Source: Camelus ferus
Taxonomy: Eukaryota
Direction of reading: 5' to 3'
Assembly (NCBI RefSeq): GCF_009834535.1
Contig: NC_045696.1
Location: forward strand, 37,512,001-37,576,000
DNA: 64,000 nt
In this document: in pieces, positions 1 through 13,700 of the stretch
How positions within the stretch are numbered: position 1 is the stretch's first letter
How the letters are laid out: the number at the start of each line of letters is the position of its first letter
Notes under the pieces: model-generated
The model's input: the letters and a program-made list of their open reading frames with translations, nothing else
What the model was told of the DNA's origin: nothing
The model's database searches: none
Position numbers and translations under genes: made by a program

Positions 1-461
1 TGATACAATCTCTATAACTGGTAAATTAATAAAAATAAACTTAACTAAAAATAAAAACAAATGGTATTTTGTCTTAGATACTACAATAATGTCAGTATTT
101 GCTGTTGAAGAGATGTTCTGCATTGTGACAAAAAAAATCTATTTTGTTTGCCAAACTTTATAGTTTATTTGACTAAAGCATGGACACTTTGAGGGAAAAA
201 CAGAAATAATCTGAAGAGAAATAACAGCTTTACTAATCAAAGTAAAATGTATTTAAAACGTAAAAGTGCACAAAATTCTTTATCGAAATGAAATCCAAAG
301 AACTTGATACTCCTTCAGGATAGAAGCCTCAGCAGGTAAGTTTAAGAACAAAGTTCATCAGAGCAGAGATGACAGGCAACTATTTACTCCCACACTTACA
401 TGATACCCAGGAACTTGGGGTTTTCCCACCAAAATAAAGAAATTGTTTTAAAATGTTTCTG

Positions 462-515
462 AGATGCAAAAGATGAGGTAGAGTCTAAGATGGAAAAGAT
501 GAGGTAGAGTCTAAG
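462..515. repeat. 26-bp tandem duplication (2 copies)
   Basis: agatg(c/g)aaaagatgaggtagagtcta repeated at 462 and 488; 22-bp core identical at 468-489 and 494-515. Confidence 0.9.
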
Positions 516-807
516 TGCTTATTTCACCCATGGGAGTGGGACACAGTTTATTTATAGAAACATGATGCACCTGATTAAGTTTACAAAAACTAGTTATACA
601 ACTGATGGAATAACAACAACTTACATAAACTTGCTCATATTTCACATTTACCATTCTTCAGATGTCAAATCATTCTCCCTATAGTTATTTAATTGTATTT
701 AAAATGTTTCTTGTTTGCAAATTTTTTAAATACCTAAAAATATTAAGCAGCAGTCCTGTTTAATAAAGCTCTTGTTTCTTTCCTTTGTTGAATTTTATTC
801 TTTAACT

Positions 808-1134
808 CAGTGGCCAGAAAACTATGATGTCTGAACCAAAACTCACCCAAGAGCCTGCTTTTTGTACAGCACTGTGGCTAAAAATAGTTTTTTACATTTT
901 TAAATAATTAGAAATTCAAAAAAAGGATAATATTTCATGACACATAAAAATATACAAAATCCAAATGTCACTTCTAAAGTTTACTGGAACAGAGCTGTAA
1001 TAAACCATTTACATATTGTCTATGCTTTTGTGCTACAACACTAAAATGGAACGTTTGTGAAAGAAACCAAGTGGCCCTCAAAGCGAAAAATGTTTACTCT
1101 GTAACTCTGTACAGAAAAAGTTTCTTGAGTCCTG
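808..1134 (+). mobile_element. MER58B-type hAT-Charlie non-autonomous DNA transposon, near full length
   Basis: CAG...CTG termini; internal gcctgctttttgtacagc, tttttacattttta, catttacatattgtctatg and acagaaaaagtttcttgagtcctg follow the recalled MER58B consensus. Confidence 0.85.
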
Positions 1135-2224
1135 ATTAAATCCATTTTGACTCTTACAGATAAAGAGGATATAGGATTGACCCATGAATAGCAAAAATGA
1201 AAGTCTCCAAGTGGTTTTAAGTTGGAGCAGCAAGAAGCCAATCAGAAAAAAAGATTCTATTAGATGAATTGTTTAGTTCTATTGAAGACAGTTTTTTCTG
1301 CTGTGTTGAATTACTATAAGGTGACCATGGCTTTGCTCACAGCTAATTGAGTAATCCAGACCACTGAGCTGGAATGAGACAAGCCAAAGACCAAGTACTT
1401 TTTACTTATATATTTTGTCTCTTCTTTTCAACATAGAAAAAAGGCAAAAAAGCGGGAATTTTATTAAAAATGCTAAACTTAACATCACATTAAACTATCA
1501 GGTCAGGAAATAGAATATAATTCTCAATCAGAGTCATGTCTATTGTTATGCTTTTCTTAGGATTGAACACTAATTCCCTTTGGCTCATAGCCATAAGATT
1601 TGTAAATACACTGAGGAGTATCACGGACACTTCAAAAAGCAAGATAAATGAGAACAAGAGAGAATATAGTTGTTTGTGGTAGGGTAGAATTGTTCCTCTG
1701 ATACTGCTTTGGTAGTAGCCATCAGTAGCTCCCACGTACATGTTCTTTGTGTTGCTGGATGGTGGCCCAGCATTCAGTATGGTGTCATTGCACTCCTTAA
1801 GCATGAAGGCAAAAGGCAGTTCATGGAGTAGTTACACATAGTTTGGATTCTCCTCATATTGGCAGAGCAGTAAAACAGAAAGCATATGAGTATCTTTCAT
1901 CTTCTATTTAATAGTACTGTGACTCTGAGCTTTTTTGTTTTGTTTTGTTTTGTTTTGTGTTTTGTATCTTTAAAATGTGACAAATACTCCTCAGCAGGAT
2001 CGAGAAAGGAGAGTTATAGCTAATATGCTTGGCACATGGTGTTGTGCCTATTGCTATTATATAACTGATGTACTGGAAGCATAGAAGAATAAAAATCTGT
2101 ATCTTCATCTATAAGAAAAAAAAAGTTTTATCACATTGCCATAGAAAATAACACTTTTTGTTATTGACTTTGCCATAAATATCTATCCAACATAAAAGTG
2201 AGCACAAGTTCCAAGTTAGATTTC

Positions 2225-2415
2225 CTGTGTTGAAATTTTCCTCCAACACTTTCTAGCTGTTTTCATTTGGAGAGGTTCCTTAAGGGCTGAGCTTGCCTTT
2301 TGTGCATGTACAAAGCTGGTAAGATATTATCCAACATAACCGTTTGTTGAGAGAATTAAATAAAATACTACATGGAAAGCAAAATTAAGTGCTCCATAAA
2401 TGGAAGCTATATTAA
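2225..2415 (+). mobile_element. MIR SINE fragment
   Basis: ttgttgagagaattaaataaaata...catggaaagca...aagtgctccataaatggaagctat resembles the MIR core and 3' end. Confidence 0.65.
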
Positions 2416-2539
2416 CGTAAAAGTAGTAAAACATTTAACAGCTTCATTAGACAGAGGTTAAGTATGTTAACTTCTTAGGGTGATAGCATAATAATTTATT
2501 AGAAAAAACCTGGCTTACTGAAAGCACAGAGGCATTCAT

Positions 2540-3105
2540 CAAGTACCTCATCTTCCAGTGTTGCATTACAACTCCAGGTGTATGCAACCCTCAACAGAGA
2601 AGATGATGATCCTTTTCAGAACCTAAAAGGTCACTTTCAGGCAATATTGTTTTGCAGTTTTGAAATTCACCATTGAAAAATGTGGCTCTGCTCCCAAAGC
2701 TTTCTCCACAGAACTGGTTCAGTAATCTAGGTGGATCTGGTGTTTCTGGTTTCTAGTCAACTCTGTCCTTCTTGCCTTGTTATACTTTTGGCTTTCTGAG
2801 CAGTGGACCACTTCCTTGCTTCTGTTCTGTTCGTCACTACGGTACTTGGTGATAGTTTAGAAATTTTCTCAACTAGAAAGACTGTCTGCCAATTCTTTAC
2901 AAATCTTGGCCTTTACAAGTTGTCCAGTATCATTTTTCCTTGCTTAGAATATACTAAGTGAATAAACCACTTGGCTAACGTGAACTCTTGTATGACATCC
3001 AGCTTATAATTTATCTTCATACTCCAGCACTCCCCCAGACTTTAGTGTGCATTTGGCCATTGAATTTCTTAGTAAATAAATTCCCTATTATAAAGTAGTA
3101 AAGGC
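2540..3105 (+). mobile_element. possible old ERVL-type LTR, unclassified
   Basis: GC-richer pyrimidine-tract block ending in aataaattccctatt; family not recognised. Confidence 0.3.
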
Positions 3106-3499
3106 GCAGAAGAGACAAAAGGCCAGATATCATACTCACCACAATACATACATACATACACATACACTACATTGAAATAAGAAATCAACAGAAATATTAG
3201 ACACTAAAAATGCCCTCTTCCTTGGAAAAAAGGTACATACATACATATATAAAATACTTGAAATGCAAAGAAATTGTAGTGGAATTCAAAATATTTTTAA
3301 CTGTGATAAAAAACACAACATAAAACTTTAAAGTGCAGTCAAAACAATAATTTCGGTAACATTGACTAGAGAGAATACCTATACCTTATGATATCAGTAT
3401 AACTTATTCCACTGTTTTTCCTGCATCACCTTCTGTAGCATTTACTGATATCCCACATGGAAGAAGGATAGTGATGGATTTAGTTAAACTGGGGTAGGA

Positions 3500-4696
3500 G
3501 GTGATGGTACATGCAGGAGTGTGAGCAGATCTCAAATGGGTGGGCTGTCTTGGACACTTCAACATCGCTTTACATCTTTTTGACCACATCTGACTGAGGC
3601 CTTATCTGATTCCAGCCTCAGCTTTACAAACAGTTCTATGCAGGCTTCGTGACATTGGGGCTACAGTGCCTCACTTCAAACATGTGCTATACATCCCTTG
3701 CCTCCCCACGTAAGGCTTTTATGATTCCAGACATATGGATATCTACTTGAGGTCACTTGATATTCACATATTATTAACCTGGAACTGTACGGCATTAATC
3801 TACCCTCTCCCACCTCAGGGCAATCCTTAACCAACAGGAATTAAGAGTCAATGTCCATCGACAGATGACTGGATAAAGAAGTTGTGGTATATTTATATAA
3901 TGAAATAATACTCTGCCATAAAAAAGAATAAATTAATGCAATTTGTAGTAACATGGGTGGACCTAGACATCGTCATTCTAAGTGAAGCAAGCCTGAAAAA
4001 GAGAAAAATGCCACATGATACCACACATATGTGGAATCCAAAAAGAAAAAAGGACACTCTGAACTCACCTACAAAACAGAAACAGACTCTCAGACTTAGT
4101 AAACAATCTTACGGTAAACAGGGTGGGAGGAAATAAATTTGGGAGTTTGATATTTACAAATGTTAGCCAATAAATAAAATAGATTTAAAATAAATAAAAA
4201 TAGATTTTAAAAAAGTTTCTTTTGTATAGCACAGGGAACTATGCTCAATATCTTGTAATAACCTTTAATGGAAAAAATATGAAAACAAATATACGCACGT
4301 ATATGCAAGACTGGGACATTGTGCTATACACCAGAAGTTGACACATTGTAATTGAATGTACTTCAATTAAAAAAAAAAAAGAGTCAATAGATAAATGCTT
4401 CTTCTTTGCATTGCCTAGGCAGACAACTCTGAAATTCATACTGTAAGTCTACTTAGACATTCCCAGTAGGATTGAACACTATTACTTACAGTGGTTGCCA
4501 ACTTTACACTAATCTTTCATTGGTTTTTTCCTAATTGCCTTTTTTTCTCCCTTCCTATTTTACTTTTTCTAGCTATTCATGCCTGTTGCCTATCAGTCAT
4601 GATTTGATTTGATTCGGCATGATCTGATTTCCAAATAAATTTCCTTGAGGTGAGCCCTTGCCTTAAGCTCTGATTTTGTGGAACACAGATAGAGTT
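3500..4696 (+). mobile_element. LTR16-family (ERVL) solo LTR split by a young L1 insertion
   Basis: caatccttaaccaacagg...gagtcaat|agataaatgcttc...cccagtaggattga...ttccaaataaatttcc...ccttgccttaagctctgatttt is collinear with LTR16 once 3853-4388 is removed. Confidence 0.75.
3853..4378 (+). mobile_element. 5'-truncated young L1 (ORF2 C-terminus + 3'UTR + poly-A)
   Basis: ORF 3936-4136 FVVTWVDLDIVILSE matches the L1 ORF2 end; A-tail ends at about 4380; perfect 10-bp TSD aagagtcaat at 3843-3852 and 4379-4388; TT/AAGA endonuclease-type site. Confidence 0.95.
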
Positions 4697-7600
4697 CATG
4701 ATACATGACCATTTTGTCCAGCAATGTTCTAGCATTGCAATTATGCAAGTATAAATGGAACTGTGTATTTTTCCTTAACATATATGTTACTTATAATATT
4801 GTCATTTAACTTTATTCAAGCTGTATAAAGCATAAATAAAACAGTCACAAAAGTATTTCAATTAACACATGATCAAACTGTATTTCATTCATAAATCTAT
4901 TACTTCCAAGCAGAAGTTATTTATAAAGAAATGCTTTATATCCTATTTTATATTTATGCATTAAAATTCACTTCTAATTTTTTTGTCTTTTTGTCTTCTT
5001 TAACCAGATACTGTTTCCTATTTTTATGATAAGAGAAAAATGTATTTAATTGTATTCTGTTCTTTGTTTATTCCCCACACACAACATTCTCCTAATCCTC
5101 TCACACAAGCTTTACTTTTTCTCCTCTCTTTCAGGCCTTTTTAAAATTCTCTTTGATATGTTTTCTCTCAAGCAACACTCCAAACTAAGAATAGTATCAG
5201 CCATATCCATGGGAAATACATTATTAGAAAGTTTAACTTTTCTTTTTTTGAAGAATGTAAAGCTAAACTTAACATTTACAAATACTTTTTCTACTTATAG
5301 ATATAAAACAAAATTAAAATTGATCTCCTTTCTTAGGCAATAGTTAAAAATGTTTTATAGTTAAATTATCCAGTCCAAAATACCTCATATATTATACCAG
5401 GACTTTAATAGCTAAAACAGCAAATACATGTTAAAAAATTTTAGCCTTTCAAATATTCACAAATTTCACATTTTGCTTTTAATCCAGATATTGATATTAT
5501 GTACATAGCCCCCCAAATGTTATAAACTCAGTAAAACAAACCAGAAACATGTATTTCAGTGCAAAGAGTAATTTTAAAAAGCATATAGTTGTCATTAGCA
5601 TATGGAACTCGATACATAAAGTCTTACTATATGAGAATTTCCTACTTGGGGGAAGAAACTGACTATGTGTCTTATGTAGAATGCTATGTCTGTACTTTCC
5701 CACTTAATGAATATGTATGCATTACTCTGTCTCAACTCAAACACAGACCGAAAAGCCCTTTTAAACTTTCTCCGCAGCCTTAGTGTTTTGCTGTTTTTAC
5801 TGTTTACCTCTTTCTACTGAAATTTGCAAATAGCTCTATTATTGCAATCCCCATAGACTGTGTATTCTAAAAAATCTAAGTGTTCTGTCTTTGCCTTAAA
5901 ACACAGTCCAGCCTTTGTTCACATACTCAACATTTCTTGCTTAGAGTATCACAGTCTTTTCCTCCTTCCGTACCACCAGACCAATTTCCACAACACAAAC
6001 ATGCTTATTTCGGTATGTGTTCCATCACTCTGGCTTAAAAGCCCTAATTTGGAAGTAAGAAGATGTTAGAAACAGTCAGAAATTATTTTCTCTGCCATTT
6101 AATAGTTGCAAAGCTTTACTTTTCTGAGTCTTTTTATTTGCTAAGATTTTAATTCCCAGAATTGGTAGGATAAACTGTGAATGTCAGAGATGTCTTCAAA
6201 GTCAGTGTTAGGGAAGAGTTCTTCATTAGATAAGGGCTAAAACATGTCAAATGCAAGAAAGGTAGCAAGGGCTTAATTGGTAGAGGGGAGGTTGGGTGCT
6301 AAAAATGGAGTGTAATGGGGTTGTGTGCTGTGATTACAGTAAGAAACACGAAAGTTTATGCCTATTTTTAATTAGCAGTTGGGGCATAGGTAGAAAAAAA
6401 AACTTTGTGGCAAGGGTGAGAGGTGAAGCTGGAGGTTCCTACCCTGGAAAGATACTTAAGACAAGGAAACATTTATTATTAACCATTGATGGGTTCTTTG
6501 GGTCTGTAGGTCCAAAAATGAGACTCAGTCTCTTCCTAAGAACGTTCCCCAAATGTGATCTGTTTCTCTCCTTTAGCTTCTATCTTAACTAAAAATAACT
6601 AGTGGTGATTTTTACTACCTATATACAACAATCTCTATTGCCAACTATATTACTTCCAAAAATCTTACATGTGAACTTCATGAAGCCAAATTAAATTCTG
6701 TTAATACCATGATTGTGTTAATCATTTAATGTCTTTCTAGTAGTAGTATTTATTATTACTTAATATAAGAATTATGATTGTTATTCTATTAAACTTATTT
6801 GATCAAAATATTCCAGATCCTTTAGATCTAAAAACTTCTCTTTTTTTCCTGGCATATTTTTAAATAGTATTTGTTTATATGTTTATCTTTCTGTAAAAAA
6901 TATACGCTTGTAGAGTAAGCTGGTATTGATGGATTGTGTATTCTTTTTCTACCCCTTATATAATTTCTGATTTATACTCAATACATGTTTAGAAAATAAA
7001 TTTTCTACTACTTAGTATGCCAGATTATTTCTTCTACCAATAGAGTGATTTGTTGCGAATACATTTTATAGAAGAAATGAATAGTTGGGTAAATGTGAAA
7101 TGAGTATTATTCAATAAAAGGGGGTGAGTTCAAAAATCCAATTAAAAACTATTATTTCCCTCAATAAGTCTCTGATATTGGAAATAATACTGGTGATTTA
7201 TATTAACTCTCTATTTTGGAGACAAAAGAGCTGAGTCATGGAAGCATACATGCAATATAATAATTTTAAATTGGAAAACATTCCCAGTGGGAGAAAATGG
7301 AAAATTTGATTTTTTAAATTTATTATAGAAGACTTTAAATGATGTCAAATTTTAAAGCAGAAGGAATCCTTTTCTTATTTTGTTTTAGCTAATTTTGCTC
7401 AAGTCCCTGAAAATAAAGAAGTCTTTGAATTGCTTAAAATCTAACAAATGATTAGACCCTGATGTCATGAAAATGTGTCTGTGATGGTTATTTTGACAGC
7501 ACCATAAAAGGACTTTCCCAGAAGAGAAAAACCTAAGACAGCTGATACTTGTAGTCTGTGCCACCACATCTGACAGGATGAAATACTTTTTACAGTTTAT

Positions 7601-8169
7601 AAAGAGGAGGAAGAAACACCCTCTTAAGATCATTTGTTAAATGCTTAGAAGCAAAACAAATTATAAAGATTTGGGGTTGTAGTTAAGTGTAGTCATAAAA
7701 ACTGTTGTAAATGAAGTTTATGGGATTGCTATTTGTTTTCCACACAACAAGAGAAATTAACCAAAGACCTAAGGGAAGGTTGGTTAAGCAAAAAGGCTAT
7801 TATTTGGTAAATGGAATAAAAAGGATCAAGATATAGCCTACCCATGTCATTCTGTGTTCTATAAAGCAGAGAAAGTCAGCAACAGTATTTGAACATTCTT
7901 TGGAGAGCCACTAAACAGTTTAACAGAGGAGCCCTGAAAGAAATTGTTCATAATTATAGCACTTTTTCTGTAACTCTTCAGTCAAGAATATACAATTTTT
8001 GGGTTAGTAAGTAACAAATGCTATACATAAATTAGTGTCCATAACTGTATTCACAGGGGTAAAATGTTGATATATATTTTTTTTCCTCTGAAATGAGCTA
8101 TATTTGGCAGAAGTCTAGAGGAAAGGTGTATTTGCAAAACACAATCTACCAATTCAAACTAAATTAGCA

Positions 8170-8603
8170 CACAAATCCCAGAAGCATTGTTACCCAGCAG
8201 ACTTGGGAATGTACTGTTTAGAGGCACCTTCAAGAAAGGACTAGCTGCTACCTGTGAAGAGTGTGGTTAGCTGGATCTTTGCTTCCTCAGGTTCTACAAC
8301 AATATTCAAACCAATGACATGTTTTTCCTTGGGTCCTGCTCCCAGCCAATGACTCATCAAGGTATTGCTAGTTGAGAGTCCATTTCTCAACTCTCACAGA
8401 CCTGACTAAGCAAGTCCCAGAGAGGACTCCTTTTACAGCAGTCTTTTCTCCAGAGCTCTGCATTAGCTGACCTGCACTGCAGCATTATTGCTCTCCTACA
8501 CAATTCCCATTTGCCTCATTTCCACAGTCCTTACTCCCTTCAAAAGTATGTTGTACTCCTAGTTGCAGCTTAGCTTCTGAGTAATGGAGAACCAAAACTA
8601 GCA
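8170..8603 (+). mobile_element. LTR33-like ERVL 5' LTR
   Basis: aggactagctg...gaagagtgtggttagctg, cccagccaatgact and terminal ggagaaccaaaactagca; immediately followed by ERVL internal sequence. Confidence 0.65.
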
Positions 8604-9350
8604 TATATTGTACTAGGAGTCACCTGAGAAAGCAGATATAAGAAGAGGTTTGGGGACTGGATCACTGAGTGTTCCGGGAATATTAAGGACCCCATCCCTG
8701 CTGGTAGATGGTGTGCAGGCAGCTCCTGGTACAAAGTAGCATCCAAATGTTAATGTTTTAACTGGATGTAAGATGGTATGGCATAACAGTAGAGGGACAG
8801 CACTGGCCCCTCTGACAATTCAGGGATTTGGAATCGCAGGGGAAATGGTAAATACGAGGACAATGAAATTGGATGGTTGTACTAAGTTGCATTGATGCCC
8901 TATAAAAAGATAATGAAGAGTGAAGTATAATTATCAGACAATTGAAAACTAATTTGGAGAGCCACAGGGTAGCTGTGTAAACTGGAATCATTTGCAAAGA
9001 AGCCCTCATCTCAAAGAGAGGGAGGATCAGACCGGCAAAGCTAACGATCAACTCCTGGATTTGATAGTCAGAATATCTGAATTGCAAAGACAGCTGAATG
9101 CTCCTACAAGGCTGATGCATTAAAGCAAAGTCAGGGACCTAACTGTGAAAACCTGGGAACCTGATAAAAGAGATGGGAATATTTGGGTTGATCCCCTGCT
9201 TTCCCAAACTTTGACTCTAGGTATTTCTGAAAGATCTGCGCCTGAGAAAGTGGCCTACTTACTCCCATTAACATACCAGGAGTCAATATAATAGTGTTTT
9301 CTCCACAAAGCAACAGGTACTGTCTTTAGTCTCAGCCTTTGATGATTGCA
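8604..9350 (+). mobile_element. ERVL internal remnant (ERV3-16A3-like), decayed gag N-terminus
   Basis: PBS-like ttgtactaggagt at 8608-8620; broken translation GNGKYEDNEIGWL..IDAL*KDNE..KEALIS..DQLLDLIVRISELQRQLN..KVRDLTVKTWEPDKRDGNIWVD resembles ERVL gag. Confidence 0.8.
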
Positions 9351-10230
9351 TGCCCTCCTTTATCTCTGGCAGCAACATATCTTTATCTTTACTAAACCCT
9401 CATGTGAGTACAACTATGGTATTCTGTAAATCTTCTCAATTAACTGACCCTGTGTGATTCATGCAATTGCCATGCATTTGGAGCTTTTGAGGGTTAAAAT
9501 AATATTCTCAGAAAAATGAAATTCTAGATTTGAGTCATATTCATATGCAGGCCAAAATTAAATTAACTCTGATACAAACATTGAAAATTAAGGTAAATTT
9601 CATCACAAGAAAAAAAAATGTAATTTACTCAGTGGTGCATCTTCAGATTTTTATTTCTGTTAAAATTTGCCTTTTCTGAAATTTTGCCATAATCCCAAAT
9701 ATTCTTTTGTTTACCTCTCATTCCAAACCCCAGAATATCCCTCACCAAATCAATGTATATATTTTGACTTTTATTACAGGAGCTCATTTTCATATTAGAT
9801 TTATTTTAATAATTGAATGAAATTTCTTTTTAAAAAAGCTAATGGTGAATATAGAAAATTAAGAAAATTCCAAATATTTTTAGTTTTTCAATGTAATTGT
9901 TTCTTTGTGTTCAATTACCTTAGGAATTCTCAGCTATTTCAATGCTAGTTTACTTCTTATATATAATTATGGCCATTATTTATGATTTCCTACTAAGCAG
10001 AGACCATTTTAAATCATAAGTTTACAACATTTGATTTTTTTATTTGTTATTATAGAAGACTTTAAAAGAGGATTCCTCCTAATCATGTTTTCAAAATGGA
10101 CTGTTTCATTTTAGACGGAGGCAGTATTTAACTGTGGGATATTCCTCAAACCTTTTAAGGCAGGGCTCATTTGGGTCTCTCACTGTTCTATAGTGGCCAT
10201 AAAATGTCTTAGTTCTTTGACATTTTGATG

Positions 10231-10667
10231 TGTTTTAGGTTGAATTGTGTCTTCCATAAACTTCAATATTAAAGTCCTACCCACCAATACTTTGTAATGT
10301 GATCTTATTTGAAATAAGGACTTTGCAGAAGTAATGTCAAGATGAGGTCATAGTGGAGGAGGTGCATCCTTAATTCTATTTGACTGGTGTCCTTTTGTAA
10401 AAAGGAGAAATTTGCAAATAGAGATGAACAGGAAGAATGCTATGCAAACATCAAGGCAGAGATCAGTGATACATCTAGCCAAGGAACTGCCAGAGTCTAG
10501 GGAAGAAGCATAGAACAGATTCTTCCCCACAGCCCTCAGAAGGAACCAATCCTGGTAACACCATAATCACAGACTTCTACACTCCAGAACTGTGAGACAG
10601 TAAATTTATGCTGTTTAAATGCCTAGTTTGTGGTAATTTGTTACAACAGCCTTAGCTATCTAAAACA
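10231..10667 (+). mobile_element. MLT1C/MLT1B-type MaLR solo LTR
   Basis: TG...CA ends; ggttgaattgtgtc, aagatgaggtcata, cagccctcagaaggaaccaa, ccagaactgtgagacagtaaattt, tttgtggtaatttgttacaacagcc. Confidence 0.9.
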
Positions 10668-10725
10668 ATTTGTAAAATCTGAGAGCAAGACAGAGAGTTG
10701 AGTTCCTAAATGATGATTAGGAATA

Positions 10726-13700
10726 CAACCTACGAACTTACACTGACACATTATAATCACCCGAAGTCCATAGTTTACCTTAAGATTCATTCTGGGGTTT
10801 GGACAAAATTATAATTGCATGTATCCATCATTATGAAATTATACAGAGTATTTTTACTGCTCTAAAAATCCTCTGTTCTTCATCTTTTTATCCCTCCCCA
10901 TCCCAAACCCTGGCAATCACTGATCTTTTTACTATCACCAAGTTTTGCCTTTTCCAAAGTGTCACATAGTTGGAATCATACAGTATGTAGCCTTTTCAGA
11001 TTTCCTACTTTCACTTAGTAATATTCCTTTATTCATGTCTTTTTATGACATGATCTTTTTTAGCACTGAATACTAATCCACTGTCTGATGTGCCACAGTT
11101 TAGCCATTCACCTACTGAAAGACATCTTGGATGCTCCCAGTTTTGGAAATTATGAATAAAGTTGCTATAAACATCCATGTACAGGTTTTAGAGTGGAAAT
11201 CCCTTTTAAACTCCTTTGGGTAGATACCAAGAAGAATGATTACTGGATCATATGATAACAGTATATTGAGTTTTGTGAGAAACTGAGATTTTATTCCAAA
11301 ATGGCTGTACCATTTTGAAGTCCCACCAGTAATGAATAAAAATTCCTCTTGCTTCACATCCTTGCCAGTATTTGGTGCTCTCAATGTTTCAGATATTGGC
11401 ATTCTAATGGGTATGAAGTATTATTTCATTGTTGTTTTAATTTGCATTTTCCTGGTGACATATGATGTGAAATATCTGTTCATATGCTCATTTGCCATCT
11501 GTGTATCTTCTTTGATGAGGTGTCTGTTAATATCTTTGGCCTTTTTAAAATAGAATTGTTTATTTCCTTATTCTACAATAAGAATTTTAAGAGTTTAAGA
11601 GTTCTTTTTATAGTCTGTATAAGAGTCCTTTATCAAATGTCTTTTATAAATATTATCTCCCAATATGTTACCTGTCTTCTTACTCATTTAATACTGTCTT
11701 TCACAGAGTAGACATTTTTAATTTTTATGAAGTTCAGCTTATCAATAATTTCTTTCATGGATCAAGCCATTGGTGTTATATCTAAACAGTCATCAAGGTC
11801 ATCTAGGTTTTCTTCGATGTTATCTTCAAGGAATTTTATAGATTTGCATGTTACATTTAGGTTTATGATCGATTTTGAGTTAATTTTTGTGAAGGCTATG
11901 TCTGTGTCTAGATTAATTTATTTTCATGCAGATATACTGTTGTTCCATCATATGTTGAAAAGATTCTTCTTTTTCCATTGTATTGCCTTTGCTCCTTTGT
12001 CAAAGATCAATGTATTATATTTATGTGGCTCTATTACTGGGCTCTCTATTCTGTTTCATTGATCTGTTTGTCTATTCTTTGAGCAATATCACACTGTGCT
12101 GATTAGTGTAGCTTTATAGTAGGTCTTACAGTCAGGTCGTGTCAGTCCTCCAACTTCGTTTTTTTATTATTTAATATTGTGTTGCCTATTCTGAATCTTT
12201 TGCTTCTGTACAAATACTTTAAAATCAGTTTGTTGACATCCACAAAATTTCTTGCTGGGATGTTGACTGGAATTGCTTTGAATCTATAGATCCAATCGGG
12301 AAAAACTGTTATCTTGGCAATATTGAGTCTTCCTATCCATGAGCATAGAATCCATTTATTTCATTATTTGATTTCATCTATCAGAATTATATAGTTTTCC
12401 TCATATGGATCTTGGACATATTTTTGTAGATTTTACTTATTTCACTTTTTGAGGTGTTAATGTAAATGATATTGTGTTTTTAATTTCAGATCTCACTTGT
12501 TTATTAATGGCATATAAAAATAAACTTGGCTTTAGTCACTAACCTTATGTCTTATACCCTGGCTATGAATGCTTATTATTTCCATGCATTTTGGTTGTTG
12601 TTTTGTTTGTTTGTTTGATGTTTTAAGATTTTCTACATAGATGATCATGCCATCTATGAACAAATACAGTTGTAGTTCTTCCTTTCCAAACTGAATATTA
12701 CTTGTTTCCTTTTCTTGTCTTTTTGCATTAGATTGGATTTCCAGTATAATATTGAAAGGAATGGTGAATGAGGCAACATTCTTGCCTTTTTCCTAATCTC
12801 ACTGGGAAAACTTCTAATTTATGACCAACAAGTATGATGTTAGCTATCAGTTCTTTGTAGTTTACTGAGAGATTTTTTTATTGTTAATGAGTATTAGTTT
12901 GTCAAATGCTTTTTCTGCATATATTGATATAACCATGTTATTTTTCTTTTTTAGCCTACTGATGACAAGATTTATGTTAACTGATTTTCAAATGTTGAAT
13001 CAGCCTTACATACCTGGAAGAAATCCCACTTGATTGTGGTGTATGATTCTTTTTATAACATTGTTGGATTCAACTGACTAATATTTTGTTTTAAGATTTT
13101 TGCATCAATGTTCATGAGAGACATTGATCTGTAGTTTTCTTTTCTTATAATATCTTTGCTTGATCTTAGTATTGGGGCTTTATAGAAGGAGTTAGAAAGT
13201 ATTCTGTCTCTTTCTATCTTCTGAAATAGACTGTTGAGATTTGGTACAATTTCCTCCATAAATGTTTTGTAGAATTTACCAGTAAACACCTCTGAGCCTG
13301 GTACTTTCTATTTTAGAGAGTTATTGTCTATTCAATTTCTTTAATGGATGTAAGCCTATTAGGTTTGTTTGTTTTAATTGAAGTACAGTCAGCTACAGTA
13401 TGTCATTCTCTGGTGTACAGCACAATGTCCCAGTCATGTATTTTTGTTATGACTTTTGGAAGATTTATGTTTTTTTTAAGGAATTAGTACAGTTCACCCA
13501 GCTAATAAAATCTGTGACCATATTTTGTTCACAGTATCCCCCTATTAGCCTTTTAATATCCATAGGATCTATAGTTATGTTGCTCTTTCATTTATGATAC
13601 TAATCATTTGTGTCATTTCTCTTTTGTTCTTGATTAGCTTGGCTAAAGGCTTACAGATTTTATTGATTTTTTTTCAAACTCCTTTAGGTTTATTGATTTT

